Made by a program: the position numbers and the translations under genes. Below are positions 9,052-19,581 of a stretch of DNA of 64,000 nt, one piece after another; within the stretch, counting starts at the first letter, position 1, and each line of letters begins with the position of its first letter. Location: positions 352,001 through 416,000 of the forward strand of contig JALDAJ010000001.1 in the NCBI GenBank assembly GCA_022729235.1, read 5' to 3'. The stretch is from Candidatus Nanohalarchaeota archaeon (GTDB lineage: Archaea; Nanohalarchaeota; Nanosalinia; Nanosalinales; Nanosalinaceae). The notes beneath the pieces are model-generated. The model searched no databases and was not told where the DNA came from. It was given only the letters and a program-made list of their open reading frames with translations.

Positions 9052-11529
9052 ATGCGCGAGCGATTACAGGATATACTGCGTCAGGTAGACGATTTCTTCA
9101 CTGTTGAAGGGTTGAAGCGCAACTGGGATATTATCTCGATTTTCGTCATATTTGTACTCGCAGTATGGCTGCGCTACCTGCCCGCGGACGGGATGCAGTA
9201 CCTGCAGGCGCTCGATCCTTACCTAGGTTTCAGGCTGTCCCAGCACCTCGCATACGAGGGTAGTCTGCCTGCACTGGACTTTATGCGTTACTTCCCCTAT
9301 GCCTTCCCGGTATATACCGAACATATAGGCGCCATCCTCTTCCCGGCAGTGTTCTACTGGATGGGTCCTTTCCTGTTCTTTGAGAACTACCTCGCCTGGG
9401 CTCAGTTCTATCCTGCATTGATGGGTGGTCTCAGCGTTGTTTTCGCGTACCTCTTCAGCAAAGAAGTATGGAATAAAACCGCAGGAGTCTCGGGAGCATT
9501 CTTCCTCGCAACAATCGCAGGCGTGATGCAGAGGACGTCAGCAGGCTGGTTTATCAAGGAGTCCGCAGGTGTGATGTTCATGATGATGTCACTCTACTTC
9601 TTTGTCAGAGCCTGGAAAAGAAATGAATGGCTCCCCGGAATTATCTCCGGGCTCGCCCTCGCCGGTTTCACTATAACGTGGGGTGGTTCAAAGATGCTGT
9701 GGCTCCTGTACCCGTTAACAGTCGGTACAGTTATGCTGCTGGACGAAGATACTGAGCGACTGATGAAGGCGTACACACCTACTATAATAATCGGCGGAGG
9801 GATCGCTGCTACACTCCAACCTTCCCGGTTCTGGTTCACCGGACACCTTTTCATGGCGAATATCGCATTGGTAGGGTTCCTCTGGAGCCGTAAGCTAGTA
9901 GAAGAACTACAGATACTCGAAGATAACCAGTTAAAATACTACACACCAGGCACGTTAATATTCGGGCTTCTGGCAGTGGCGCTTTCTCCCCTGTACTCCA
10001 ACTTTATCGCAAGACAGGTTTCCAGGCTGATGACTGACGTACTGGCAGCCGGGGGAGGAGCAACCATCGCAGGAACTGTCGCGGAGAACCAGGCACCCTC
10101 CCTGGGACAGCTGGTCTCCCAGTTCGGCGCGCTCCCGGCAGCCCAGATCAATCCACTACTCGGTAATCTATCACACGTAACCGGTCCGTGGCCGCTTGCG
10201 TTCCTGGCTGTTGCTTTCATGGGAACGACCATCGCGTTCATGATTCTCCGGAAATACGGGATGGTTGAGAACGTAATAGACGACTCCGCTTACTACTCCG
10301 GATTCGGCGTGGTCCTGCTCGCATGGATAATCGGTTTCGCTATTTTCTTCCAGGAGAACGTGTTGTTCGCCATCATCCCTGCAATACTGATGGCTCTGGT
10401 CGGGATAATCTTTGTACACTCATTTGATGGTTACGGGAAACACGAAATCGAATTCAAATGGTACTACCTCCTGCCGTTCTTCTGGGTACTGACAAACGTC
10501 CTTGGCGCGGTCAACATGTCAAGGCTGATACCGCTAGCCTCATTCCCTGTCGCTGTAACCGCAGGCTACACGCTTTCACTGGCGATAAACAAGCTACCCA
10601 GATTCGAGCTCGAAGAACTATTTGTCGATGTGAATCACCGGCAGGTCTTATCAGTCGCGCTCCTGGTAATTCTAGTGCCAGTAGTAGCTGTGAACTTCGC
10701 CTCAGGCTACGCGACTGTGCAGAGTATCGGCGGATCACCCAACGCGCTCTGGATGGAAAGCCTTGAGTGGATGGATGAAGAGACTGAACCAGGGGAGACC
10801 ATCCTTTCATGGTGGGACTACGGGTACCACTTCCAGGCTATCGGGAGAAGCCCATCGATAGCAGACGGTGGTAACGCAGGTCACTATACCTCCGATCCGC
10901 GGACGAACAAGGTGAACTATCCTATAGCAGACTTCCTTACCTCAAACAATCCGGAAAATCATACCGAGTTATTCGAGAGACACTCCGCGGACTACCTGGT
11001 GCTCGACAACACGATGATAGGAAAATACTCGGCGGTATCACAGATTTCGAACCTGGACAACGAAGAATTCGAGTCGATGATACAGATAGGAAACCAGCCC
11101 TTGAGAAACGTACTTAGTGAAGGAGATGATAGGACAGTCGCAACCATCAGAGGAAGAGGGGTCAGCATATACGTACCCCTGTCAGTAGACGAGGAGGATA
11201 TAGAAATCTCGGACGCACCTACTTTCGATGTGCGTGGTCAGAGAAGTCCTATCGACTGCATCCTAACAGATGAGGGGCGGAAGGACTTCAACGTATCAGG
11301 TCAGACATCAGAGTACTGCCTGGCAGAAGACCCTTATTTCAGTTTTGAGAGATCGCTGACCACGAATGTACCTGCCCGTGTGGTACTGGTTCCGAAAGAT
11401 ATAGCCGATGTCAGCCTTGTAAGGCTCTACCTCATGGACGGGTACGATATGGATTTCGTGGAGAAAATACCCGAGGCATCCAATGACTACCTCAAGGTCT
11501 GGGACATAAACAAGGAAGAACTAGGATGA
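9052..11529 (+). CDS. aglB: Oligosaccharyltransferase AglB (STT3)
   Basis: DPY, TVAEN and SWWDYG motifs; many TMs. Confidence 0.95.
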   Translation: MRERLQDILRQVDDFFTVEGLKRNWDIISIFVIFVLAVWLRYLPADGMQYLQALDPYLGFRLSQHLAYEGSLPALDFMRYFPYAFPVYTEHIGAILFPAVFYWMGPFLFFENYLAWAQFYPALMGGLSVVFAYLFSKEVWNKTAGVSGAFFLATIAGVMQRTSAGWFIKESAGVMFMMMSLYFFVRAWKRNEWLPGIISGLALAGFTITWGGSKMLWLLYPLTVGTVMLLDEDTERLMKAYTPTIIIGGGIAATLQPSRFWFTGHLFMANIALVGFLWSRKLVEELQILEDNQLKYYTPGTLIFGLLAVALSPLYSNFIARQVSRLMTDVLAAGGGATIAGTVAENQAPSLGQLVSQFGALPAAQINPLLGNLSHVTGPWPLAFLAVAFMGTTIAFMILRKYGMVENVIDDSAYYSGFGVVLLAWIIGFAIFFQENVLFAIIPAILMALVGIIFVHSFDGYGKHEIEFKWYYLLPFFWVLTNVLGAVNMSRLIPLASFPVAVTAGYTLSLAINKLPRFELEELFVDVNHRQVLSVALLVILVPVVAVNFASGYATVQSIGGSPNALWMESLEWMDEETEPGETILSWWDYGYHFQAIGRSPSIADGGNAGHYTSDPRTNKVNYPIADFLTSNNPENHTELFERHSADYLVLDNTMIGKYSAVSQISNLDNEEFESMIQIGNQPLRNVLSEGDDRTVATIRGRGVSIYVPLSVDEEDIEISDAPTFDVRGQRSPIDCILTDEGRKDFNVSGQTSEYCLAEDPYFSFERSLTTNVPARVVLVPKDIADVSLVRLYLMDGYDMDFVEKIPEASNDYLKVWDINKEELG

Positions 11530-12650
11530 TACTGCTCGCGCTGTCACTGGCACTGGGGTTCCTCACAGTATTTATGGGAACACCTTACACCAGACGGTAC
11601 CTCATACACTCAGGGATAATCGCGGTCGACCAGCAAAAAGAGGGTAAACCAAGACTGGCGACCTCAGGAGGTATACCCGTATTGTTTGGTTTCCTGATTT
11701 CGGTAACCAGCTACCTCGCGCTCTCCGTTTTCTTTGACTCTTCAGAACTTAACCGTCTCGAGGCTCTCGCCGCCCTGAACTCGGTATTCATCATCGCGCT
11801 GATAGGGCTTCTCGATGATATACACATCGATATCAAGTCGGTGATAGAAGACGGGCTGGATCTTGAACCCGGCGAACTTGAGATAGATTCCTACCCAGAG
11901 GTAGACTCGCTCCCACACCAGGAGCTCGTAGAAAAGGTATCAATCGGAAAGAAAGAATCAGATGACTTAATAAGAAAAGGTATAGGACAGGTCCCAAAGA
12001 TGCTGTTCGTTCTTCCCGCCGCACTACCCCTGATTGCGGTAGGGGCTGGCTCATGGGTCATGGTATTGCCTGTTGTAGGGACAGTCAACTGGGGTGTCGT
12101 GTATCCTCTTGTCCTGTTACCGATAGGTCTGCTCTTTGTCTCGAACGTTGCGAATATGCTTGCAGGGACCAACGGACTCGCGGCATCTCTCAGCCTCGTG
12201 ACATCTACCTCCCTCGGAATAGTCGGAATTCTAGCAGGAAGCATGGAAGCTGCGCTTATAGCGTTCAGCCTCTCCACCGGTCTACTTGCTTTCCTATACT
12301 ACAACTTCTATCCCGCATCGGTACTGCCCGGTGATTCGCTGACCTACCTGGCAGGTGCGGCGATGTTCTCTGCCATGGTGATAGGTGACATGGAGAAATT
12401 CGGTTTGTTTGTTTTCACACCCTGGATCATCGAGTTCTTCCTAAAGGCGCGGAGCGGTTTCCAGGCGCATTCATGGGGTGTTTTACAGGATGATGGAACG
12501 CTAAAACCGCAACACAAAAAGAACTACTCGCTTACCCATCCGTTGATGAGGAGAGGTTTCAACGAGAAACAGGTAACCCTCGTGCTCACGGGGATACAAA
12601 CATTAATCTGTCTGACAGGTCTTGTATTATACACGCAAGGGATACTATGA
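11526..12650 (+). CDS. Polyprenyl-phosphate HexNAc-1-phosphate transferase (AglH/GPT/MraY family)
   Basis: SGGI, GLLDD, NMLAGTNGL, YNFYPASVLPGDS. Confidence 0.88.
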   Translation: MILLALSLALGFLTVFMGTPYTRRYLIHSGIIAVDQQKEGKPRLATSGGIPVLFGFLISVTSYLALSVFFDSSELNRLEALAALNSVFIIALIGLLDDIHIDIKSVIEDGLDLEPGELEIDSYPEVDSLPHQELVEKVSIGKKESDDLIRKGIGQVPKMLFVLPAALPLIAVGAGSWVMVLPVVGTVNWGVVYPLVLLPIGLLFVSNVANMLAGTNGLAASLSLVTSTSLGIVGILAGSMEAALIAFSLSTGLLAFLYYNFYPASVLPGDSLTYLAGAAMFSAMVIGDMEKFGLFVFTPWIIEFFLKARSGFQAHSWGVLQDDGTLKPQHKKNYSLTHPLMRRGFNEKQVTLVLTGIQTLICLTGLVLYTQGIL

Positions 12651-14422
12651 AGGATACAGCAAAAGAAATAATAGAAGAGACGAAGGAATCGTTCAGGAAC
12701 CCGTACTACCTGGTGCTCCTTATTATACTCGGGGTAGCGACATTCCTCAGGTTCAGGTATGCCTTTTTCGAGGGTATGTGGGTCGATGAGGGAAGACACG
12801 CCTACATAGGAGTCGAGATAGCACAGCACCTGTCCGAGTACGCTACGGAGCATCATGGACAGGTAACAGAGTTTCTCCCCCTGTACATGTACATGATAGC
12901 GTTCTCCACATACCTTTTCAGTACGGAATTTGCTGTCAGAGTTGTAAGTCCTGTGATGGGTGTCGCAGGGGTGGCGCTGACATACTTCCTCGGTAGGGAG
13001 ATGAAGAATAAAGAAGTAGGCTTAATCGCCGCCGCGCTTGTAGCTGTGAACCCGATTTACTGGTTCCTTAGCACCCGTATACTGACCGGGGCGACATTTG
13101 CCACACTTTATACTGCGACGGTGCTCGCGCTTTACTACGGTCTTGAAGACAGGGAGTTCTCCAAGTACGCTTTATGGGCTCTAGGACCACTGGTGGCGCT
13201 AACCCTGATGACCAGACAGGCTGCCTATACTCTGGGGCTCGTGATACCGCTGTACTTGCTCTATGTGAAGAGAGATGAGCTGAGAGAACTGATTCTGGAG
13301 GAAGTGAGTGTCAAAGAAACCCGGCTCTACCAGAACACATTAACAGATACTAATTACTACATAGCCGCTGCCCTGGGACTAGTAACTATAGCCCCGTGGG
13401 CGGTGAGAAACATGTTCACCTGCGGCGCCCCTCTATGCGGGGTTGAGCGAGCACTAGGGTTCGCCGGTGCGACCTCTATTCCTGCGTGGGCAAGTACAGG
13501 AGGAGCTTTCTACTACGTCTTCAACCTTCCCTCCATCGTGACGTTAGGTGTTTCCCTACTAGTAGTGTTCCGGGTAATCCAGTACTTCACCGAATGGACG
13601 GACAGAGATGCCGACACACTGGTGAAGTATGTATCCCTGACGATAGGAGCTGTACTGGCAGCCTACCTGGTACTGCCAGGTCTTGTCCCACTGGTTCTTC
13701 TCACCTCGATAGCCCTTTACGCTACAAACAACGCGGAGAAACTCCTCTGGCTAGTTATCGGGATAGGTATAGGTTTCCACTCTATCCCTGAGATAAAGGT
13801 GCCGCGCTACGCCGTGTTCGTAATACCACAGCTCCTTATAGTGGCCTCCCTAGCCATGTACTCCATCAGTGACTGGATATCACGACAACTAGAAAGTACG
13901 GTATTAACTCCCTGGCGAATCGCTGCAGTGCTTGTACTTCCGCTGGTTTTCATCTCATACAGCCAGGGAATGCACAACATCGCGCAGGGAGGCTTCGACA
14001 ACCTTGAACCGGCCGGTAACTGGTTGGTCGAGAACACTGACGAGGATGCGGAGATAATCGCGACCTCGCCCACACAGACAAGATATTACGCGTATCCAAG
14101 ATTTACTCACAGGATGCCTAATAGCGAAGAAGAGCTAAGATCTCTTATCAAGGATAACAATGTGAGCTACGTCCAGGTCGACGCCTATGAACGGGCGCAG
14201 GCGGACTGGACACAGACCGGGCTCCCGCCCTACAGGCTGAAAGTCTCGACCAGGCAGGAGCTCCAGGCAGGTAGTATATCACCGCAGGAAGTCGTCGAAG
14301 GTTACGGCGAACCACCGGAATACCTTGAACCAGTTGAGAGCTTTGGACAGACCCAGATACCTCTCACAGAGCAACCCCAGCCCATGGTTATAATCTACAG
14401 GGTTAACCAGTCAGTACCATGA
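12647..14422 (+). CDS. GT-C fold membrane glycosyltransferase (ArnT/PMT-like)
   Basis: MWVDE motif, multiple TMs, PRY motif, extracellular C-terminal domain. Confidence 0.85.
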   Translation: MKDTAKEIIEETKESFRNPYYLVLLIILGVATFLRFRYAFFEGMWVDEGRHAYIGVEIAQHLSEYATEHHGQVTEFLPLYMYMIAFSTYLFSTEFAVRVVSPVMGVAGVALTYFLGREMKNKEVGLIAAALVAVNPIYWFLSTRILTGATFATLYTATVLALYYGLEDREFSKYALWALGPLVALTLMTRQAAYTLGLVIPLYLLYVKRDELRELILEEVSVKETRLYQNTLTDTNYYIAAALGLVTIAPWAVRNMFTCGAPLCGVERALGFAGATSIPAWASTGGAFYYVFNLPSIVTLGVSLLVVFRVIQYFTEWTDRDADTLVKYVSLTIGAVLAAYLVLPGLVPLVLLTSIALYATNNAEKLLWLVIGIGIGFHSIPEIKVPRYAVFVIPQLLIVASLAMYSISDWISRQLESTVLTPWRIAAVLVLPLVFISYSQGMHNIAQGGFDNLEPAGNWLVENTDEDAEIIATSPTQTRYYAYPRFTHRMPNSEEELRSLIKDNNVSYVQVDAYERAQADWTQTGLPPYRLKVSTRQELQAGSISPQEVVEGYGEPPEYLEPVESFGQTQIPLTEQPQPMVIIYRVNQSVP

Positions 14423-15309
14423 TAGCGATAATAATACCTGCGCTTAACGAGGAAGAAGCCATAGAATCAGTTATAGAAGGATTCCCGGCGAGCTACAGAA
14501 ATCACAGTATGGAGACGTACGTGATAGACGGTGGTTCAACAGATGGAACCCAGGAACTCGCGGAGAGTGCCGGTGCAAAAGTTATCAAGCAGAGACGTGG
14601 AGGCGGAAAAGGGAACGGGGTCAGCCAGGCTCTGGAAGAGATAGACGCAGATATATACGTAATGATAGACGGGGACTCCACCTATGACCCAAAAGAGATA
14701 GACAGACTCGTCGACCCTATAATAGAGGGAGAAGCGGAACACGTCATAGGCAGGCGTTCTGACCGGGAGAAAGGTGCTATACCACGTATCAACCTTGTCG
14801 GGAACTACGTCTTCAACCTGATAACCCGCCTGATGACAGGCAAGGACATCCGTGACATGCTATCAGGTTACCGGGCGTTTACCAGGGAATCCCTGGAACA
14901 CACACATTTCACAAGACCGGGTTTCGGCATAGAAACTGAGATGACGTTTACAGCGCTCGAGAACCATGTGCCGATAAAAGAAGTTGAAATCAGCTACGGC
15001 AACAGGAAGGGTAATAGTAAGCTCCACCCGATGAGAGATGGTTGGCGGATAATCAACACGATAATCTGGAGTATAAGGGACATGAACCCGCTCAAGTTCT
15101 TCTCGACTATATCGCTTTTACTCCTGGTACTTGCGGCATATCCCTCCTACCTGACCATCCAGCAGAAACTGTCCGAGGGCATCATACAGCACCCAGGAAC
15201 CGCGATAGCTGCGGGTGTCCTGGCTATACTTGCGGTGCAACTCTTCGTCTTCGGTATGCTAGCCGACCAGATCAAAAACGTGGAGAAACGGCTCAGAAAT
15301 CGTCGATAA
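14419..15309 (+). CDS. aglJ: AglJ-like GT2 dolichol-phosphate glycosyltransferase
   Basis: IPALNEE, DGGSTDGT, DGDSTYDP, DMLSGYRAF, two C-terminal TMs. Confidence 0.8.
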   Translation: MIAIIIPALNEEEAIESVIEGFPASYRNHSMETYVIDGGSTDGTQELAESAGAKVIKQRRGGGKGNGVSQALEEIDADIYVMIDGDSTYDPKEIDRLVDPIIEGEAEHVIGRRSDREKGAIPRINLVGNYVFNLITRLMTGKDIRDMLSGYRAFTRESLEHTHFTRPGFGIETEMTFTALENHVPIKEVEISYGNRKGNSKLHPMRDGWRIINTIIWSIRDMNPLKFFSTISLLLLVLAAYPSYLTIQQKLSEGIIQHPGTAIAAGVLAILAVQLFVFGMLADQIKNVEKRLRNRR

Positions 15310-16795
15310 CCGATTCATCCATCTCAACATTCTCCGATGTTACAGGTAAAGCCCGCCCGTCCATGTCACCGGGCACGCTCTCACCAAGCATAGTCAGCAG
15401 GGTCGGTGCTACATCGGTTATGTGACACTTCTCCAGTTCACTTTCCTCAATATCCGGTCCCGCGGCAGCGATGACGCCCTCCAGCCGGTGATGTCCGGAC
15501 TCGGTGTTGAATGGTTCGGAGAACACGTTGTTGGAGCCGAACTCGAAGTAACGGTGTGCCTGGTAATGCATCCCTGTAGTATGGTAAACCAGGTCGGGGG
15601 CAGTATCAGAATTCCTGCCGTGGAACAGCTTCTCTCCTGGTTCTATGTTCTCGACCACTTTCTCTCCCCCGTCCTCAAGATCCTGCAAGAGCTCAACGAC
15701 CTCCTGTTCTGCGTCACCATCCAGCAGGAAGATAGGTCCGAAGTGCATCGCGGAGTAAGCTTTCGACCGCTGGAAATCCACGTCCTTAAAGGAGAGAAAC
15801 GGTAGCGACAGCAGCCTGCGGACCCAGTCCCTATCAGGGTTATCCGTATTTGCCTTGACAAGCACCTCTTCAAGCCCCAGCCTCCTGACTATGCGGTATA
15901 TGTTCTCCATTGTAAGACCCAGTTTGAACGCGAGGTATCTTACCAGCGGTAACGGTCTCCTCTTGATTTTCAGTAGTCCTTCGTCCATCAGCAGCTTGTT
16001 GGGGTTCATACCTCTGTAGAGACCCGTAAACCCATGATCCGAGACCAGAACAACATTTGTTTCTCCCAGTCCGCCCGCTTCTTCTATCAGTTCCCCGATA
16101 GCGGAGTCGATTTCCTGGTAGACACGTTCGACTTCTCCCCTGTAATCAGACTCCTCGAACTCCGGGTGCTCCTTATCGTGGTATTTCCAGAACCAGTGGG
16201 ATATCCTGTCACCGACAGTAAAAACCGGCATGAAAACCTCAGGGCTGCGCTCCTTCATGAGCCTTAACGCAGTTCTCTTCCGGGTCTCAAGCGTCTCATA
16301 GCACTGTTCAATTAATTTCTCCTCATTTGAACCGTTATACGTCCCCGGTGTCTCTATCCGGTAGTCTTCTTCCTCCAGTATAGTTACCACTTCAGAATCA
16401 CCAGACGCCTTTTCTATAGACGGCGTCATCATACCCGACACCATAAACCCGTTGACCTCGCGCGGCGGGTACGTTGCGGGAATGTTCAGCGTCCCGACAG
16501 TGTAGTCTTCTGAAAATATATCAAATATCGTATCATCCTCGACATCATCGAAGCTTACAATCTCCAGACCCTTCCTTGTGGGACGGGTAAAGTCGAATAT
16601 CCCGTGTTTCCCCGGATTTTTCCCGGTCAACATTGATGTCCAGGCAGAAGGCGTTATAGGTATCGACGTAGACTCGAGTTCGCCGAAGACTCCTTGCTCC
16701 GCTATCCTCTTGATGTTAGGCAGCTTTCCATCATCCATGAGTTCCTGCGTCAGTTCGTGGTCCGCACCGTCAAAACCTATGACAAGAAGCTGCAT
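15293..16795 (-). CDS. Alkaline phosphatase superfamily (type I phosphodiesterase-like) protein
   Basis: VIGFDGA, PITPSAWTSMLTGKNPGKHG, SDHGF, GHH. Confidence 0.9.
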   Translation of the reverse strand: MQLLVIGFDGADHELTQELMDDGKLPNIKRIAEQGVFGELESTSIPITPSAWTSMLTGKNPGKHGIFDFTRPTRKGLEIVSFDDVEDDTIFDIFSEDYTVGTLNIPATYPPREVNGFMVSGMMTPSIEKASGDSEVVTILEEEDYRIETPGTYNGSNEEKLIEQCYETLETRKRTALRLMKERSPEVFMPVFTVGDRISHWFWKYHDKEHPEFEESDYRGEVERVYQEIDSAIGELIEEAGGLGETNVVLVSDHGFTGLYRGMNPNKLLMDEGLLKIKRRPLPLVRYLAFKLGLTMENIYRIVRRLGLEEVLVKANTDNPDRDWVRRLLSLPFLSFKDVDFQRSKAYSAMHFGPIFLLDGDAEQEVVELLQDLEDGGEKVVENIEPGEKLFHGRNSDTAPDLVYHTTGMHYQAHRYFEFGSNNVFSEPFNTESGHHRLEGVIAAAGPDIEESELEKCHITDVAPTLLTMLGESVPGDMDGRALPVTSENVEMDESVIDDF

Positions 16796-16848
16796 ATGCC
16801 TTAATTATCTCCAATGCTTTTGTATCAGTTTGTACCTAACTAGGCGAC

Positions 16849-17766
16849 GTGAACTGGAAGAAAATAGCCAAGAACATTACAGCGATAGCGTTACTGGTAG
16901 CGCTTTTTGTCCTCGTTGACCCTCAGGAATTAGCAGGCAGTCTGTCAGGAGCCGACCCTGTCCTCTACTTGACGGGAGTAACCCTTTTTTTGACCACATA
17001 TATCGCTGCCGCTCTGAGGTGGCAGAGGCTGTCGAGATCGATAGGGTATGATCTATCTATTGGGGACGCATTCAAGATCATCGCGGTCTCCTACAGCTTC
17101 AACAAACTGTTCCCTGGCAATGCGGGAGATGTGGGTCGTTCGAAGATATTCGAACAGTTCCACGATGTGGAGAACCATGGAAATGTACTGGGGATAGTGG
17201 CGCTGGAGCGCTACCTTGGAATTGTTTCGCTTCTGGGGATAATAGGTGTCGCATTCCTTTTCATCGATTTTCCTGTCGAAGCTCTTGGGTGGATCCTGTC
17301 TCTGTTTGCTGGTATTTTAGTAGCCTTCAGCTTTCTGCTGCTCATGGATGAAGGATTCATAGAAAAAATCAAGGCACTGGTACCGATTGGATCCGGTTTC
17401 GTCAGTGATCTCTTGAAAGGGTACAGAAGTTCAAGTCGTCGAGATGTAACGGTAAACCTCATCTACTCGCTGTACATACGTTTAACCGAGGCACTGGTGT
17501 TCTACATCCTTATACTCGCCCTCACTCTTGAAACCGGGTTCTGGGAAGGCGCCTTTGTAACATCAATAATGAGTCTTGTATCCGGACTTCCTATATCACC
17601 TGGCGGGCTCGGACCGGTGGATGCGACAGGTACCGGTCTTCTGGTGGTCGCGGGCGTCACATATTCCTCGGCGCTCTCACTGGTGATTCTCCAGAGAAGT
17701 GTCGGCCTGGTATTGATGGCGGTGATAGGGGCTTTAGTATATCTGCTGCATGAGTACTTACTCTGA
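16849..17766 (+). CDS. Lysylphosphatidylglycerol-synthase TM / UPF0104 flippase-like protein
   Basis: ALRW, PGNAGDVGR, ERYL, PISPGGLG. Confidence 0.85.
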   Translation: MNWKKIAKNITAIALLVALFVLVDPQELAGSLSGADPVLYLTGVTLFLTTYIAAALRWQRLSRSIGYDLSIGDAFKIIAVSYSFNKLFPGNAGDVGRSKIFEQFHDVENHGNVLGIVALERYLGIVSLLGIIGVAFLFIDFPVEALGWILSLFAGILVAFSFLLLMDEGFIEKIKALVPIGSGFVSDLLKGYRSSSRRDVTVNLIYSLYIRLTEALVFYILILALTLETGFWEGAFVTSIMSLVSGLPISPGGLGPVDATGTGLLVVAGVTYSSALSLVILQRSVGLVLMAVIGALVYLLHEYLL

Positions 17767-18135
17767 TACTTCCTGTCTCTGCTCAACATAAGGGTCTTCT
17801 ACCCGGGTGATATCTTCGGGGCGGTACGGGAATGATATCTCAAGGATACGTGCGACCTCGCTCCCTATGTTCTGCACCTGGTGTTTCTGCCCGGAGCGTA
17901 TGACCATGGCTTCTCCTTTCTCAAGGTCTCTCATCTCCCCATTCACCCTTATCACGACATTACCCTCTTCAAGATAGATGATATCCTGTTGTTCATCGTG
18001 GTAAGAGTAAGAAGTCATCTCCTGTGCATTTATCACGAGCCTTCTCATACCGAGCATCCCTGCTCTATCTCCGACATCGACCTGGGTCATCAGAACCTGG
18101 TCTTCATACCCCCAGGGCTTATCTATCCTCCCCAT
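17758..18135 (-). CDS. Cupin (mannose-6-phosphate isomerase type II C-terminal-like)
   Basis: KPWG, H..N, DITRVEDPY. Confidence 0.8.
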   Translation of the reverse strand: MGRIDKPWGYEDQVLMTQVDVGDRAGMLGMRRLVINAQEMTSYSYHDEQQDIIYLEEGNVVIRVNGEMRDLEKGEAMVIRSGQKHQVQNIGSEVARILEISFPYRPEDITRVEDPYVEQRQEVSE

Positions 18136-18160
18136 ACGGCATAAAGAGAGGTCAAAACTC

Positions 18161-19099
18161 TTATACGTGACTGCGGTAGAACTTAACAGTCTTCTTTAGA
18201 CCTTCCTCAAAATCATATTCAGGTTCGAATCCCAGTACATCACTGGACTTGGAAATATCAGCTTTCGTTGCCTGGACATAGTTATCACGAGGATTCTCAA
18301 CATGTTTCGGCTCGATACTTTTCTCCAGTACCTCGTTTAACTTCTCCACTACCGAGTTGAATGAAACATCCCTACCGGTCCCGATATTGAAGTACCTGCC
18401 GTCAAGTTCTTCTCTTCTCTCCGCTGCCAGTATGTTGGCGTTAACGATGTCTTCTACAAAAGTGAAGTCCCGTGTCTGGTTTCCATCACCCCATATAACC
18501 GGTCTTTCATCATCCATCATCCTCCACAGGAACTGGGTCACTACATTCGCGTACTTATCCTTCGCCCGTTCACGGGGTCCGTAGACCGCGAAGTAACGTA
18601 GACCGGTGGTCTGAATCTTCTCATTGTATGAGTAAACCTGGGCATACCTCTCACGAGCCATCTTCGATGCGGTGTAAAGGTTTGTAGGCACCTCTCCCGT
18701 GTCTTCCCTGTGCGGCGGGTCGATGCTGCCGTACATAGAACTTGTCGATGCGTACACGACCTTCTCGACGCCTTCCTCTACAGCCACTTCCACTGTATTA
18801 ATGAAGCCTTCAACATTTACCCTCGCACCTTTCCGCGGATTATCCATGTGCATCGGTGCCGAGCTCCGGGCTGCCTGGTGGAACACTGTATCGCAACCTT
18901 TCACCGCGTCTTCTACCTTCTCACGGTCGAGGACGCTGCCTTCGATGAACTCGATATCGTTTCTCACTTCTGACAGGTTATCCTCGCTCCCGAGAAACAG
19001 GTCATCAAGGACCGTTACCTCCAAACCACGATCAACAAGTTCGTGGACAAGGTTCGACCCTATAAAACCTGCTCCCCCGGTGACTAGAACGTTCTCCAT
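18161..19099 (-). CDS. NAD-dependent epimerase/dehydratase
   Basis: GGAGFIGS, ASTSSMYG, YTASK. Confidence 0.92.
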   Translation of the reverse strand: MENVLVTGGAGFIGSNLVHELVDRGLEVTVLDDLFLGSEDNLSEVRNDIEFIEGSVLDREKVEDAVKGCDTVFHQAARSSAPMHMDNPRKGARVNVEGFINTVEVAVEEGVEKVVYASTSSMYGSIDPPHREDTGEVPTNLYTASKMARERYAQVYSYNEKIQTTGLRYFAVYGPRERAKDKYANVVTQFLWRMMDDERPVIWGDGNQTRDFTFVEDIVNANILAAERREELDGRYFNIGTGRDVSFNSVVEKLNEVLEKSIEPKHVENPRDNYVQATKADISKSSDVLGFEPEYDFEEGLKKTVKFYRSHV

Positions 19100-19155
19100 G
19101 TTAACGGTTTTTTAACAAAAACTTAAAACTCAATCTTCCGGAAACTTCTCTATAC

Positions 19156-19581
19156 ATGAGCCTCTCATACCTCCGTTCAGTGATGGTCGGCGAGTCAAAA
19201 GCCTATGGATTCACTATCGCGTTCTGGGGGTCCGGTATAATACTGGTAGACTTCCTGGGGATGCCAGGACTTACTGAGGCGCTTTTATTCGGTTTTGGAG
19301 CAGTCATGGGTTTTGGGTTGTTAGCGATCTTTGCATTTAGAGGTAACCTGATGGAGGAAAGTCCAACGAACCTGCTCGTCTTCAGCTCTGTCCACTACCT
19401 GTCTGCATTATTCCCTGTTGCAGTCTCCTACCTGATCGTACAGTACGTCGCCAGTACGGCAGCAGCTTTTTTCCTCGCCGGTATGAATGTATCGGTTTTC
19501 TATAACCTGTTGATGGTTGTAGAGAAGATGTTTGCCGATAAAGGTATTGCAATTGAGAGAAAGATTGAATCTTTCTTTTAG
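19156..19581 (+). CDS. Hypothetical membrane protein (4 TM)
   Basis: AYGFTIAFWG, hydrophobic profile. Confidence 0.7.
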   Translation: MSLSYLRSVMVGESKAYGFTIAFWGSGIILVDFLGMPGLTEALLFGFGAVMGFGLLAIFAFRGNLMEESPTNLLVFSSVHYLSALFPVAVSYLIVQYVASTAAAFFLAGMNVSVFYNLLMVVEKMFADKGIAIERKIESFF

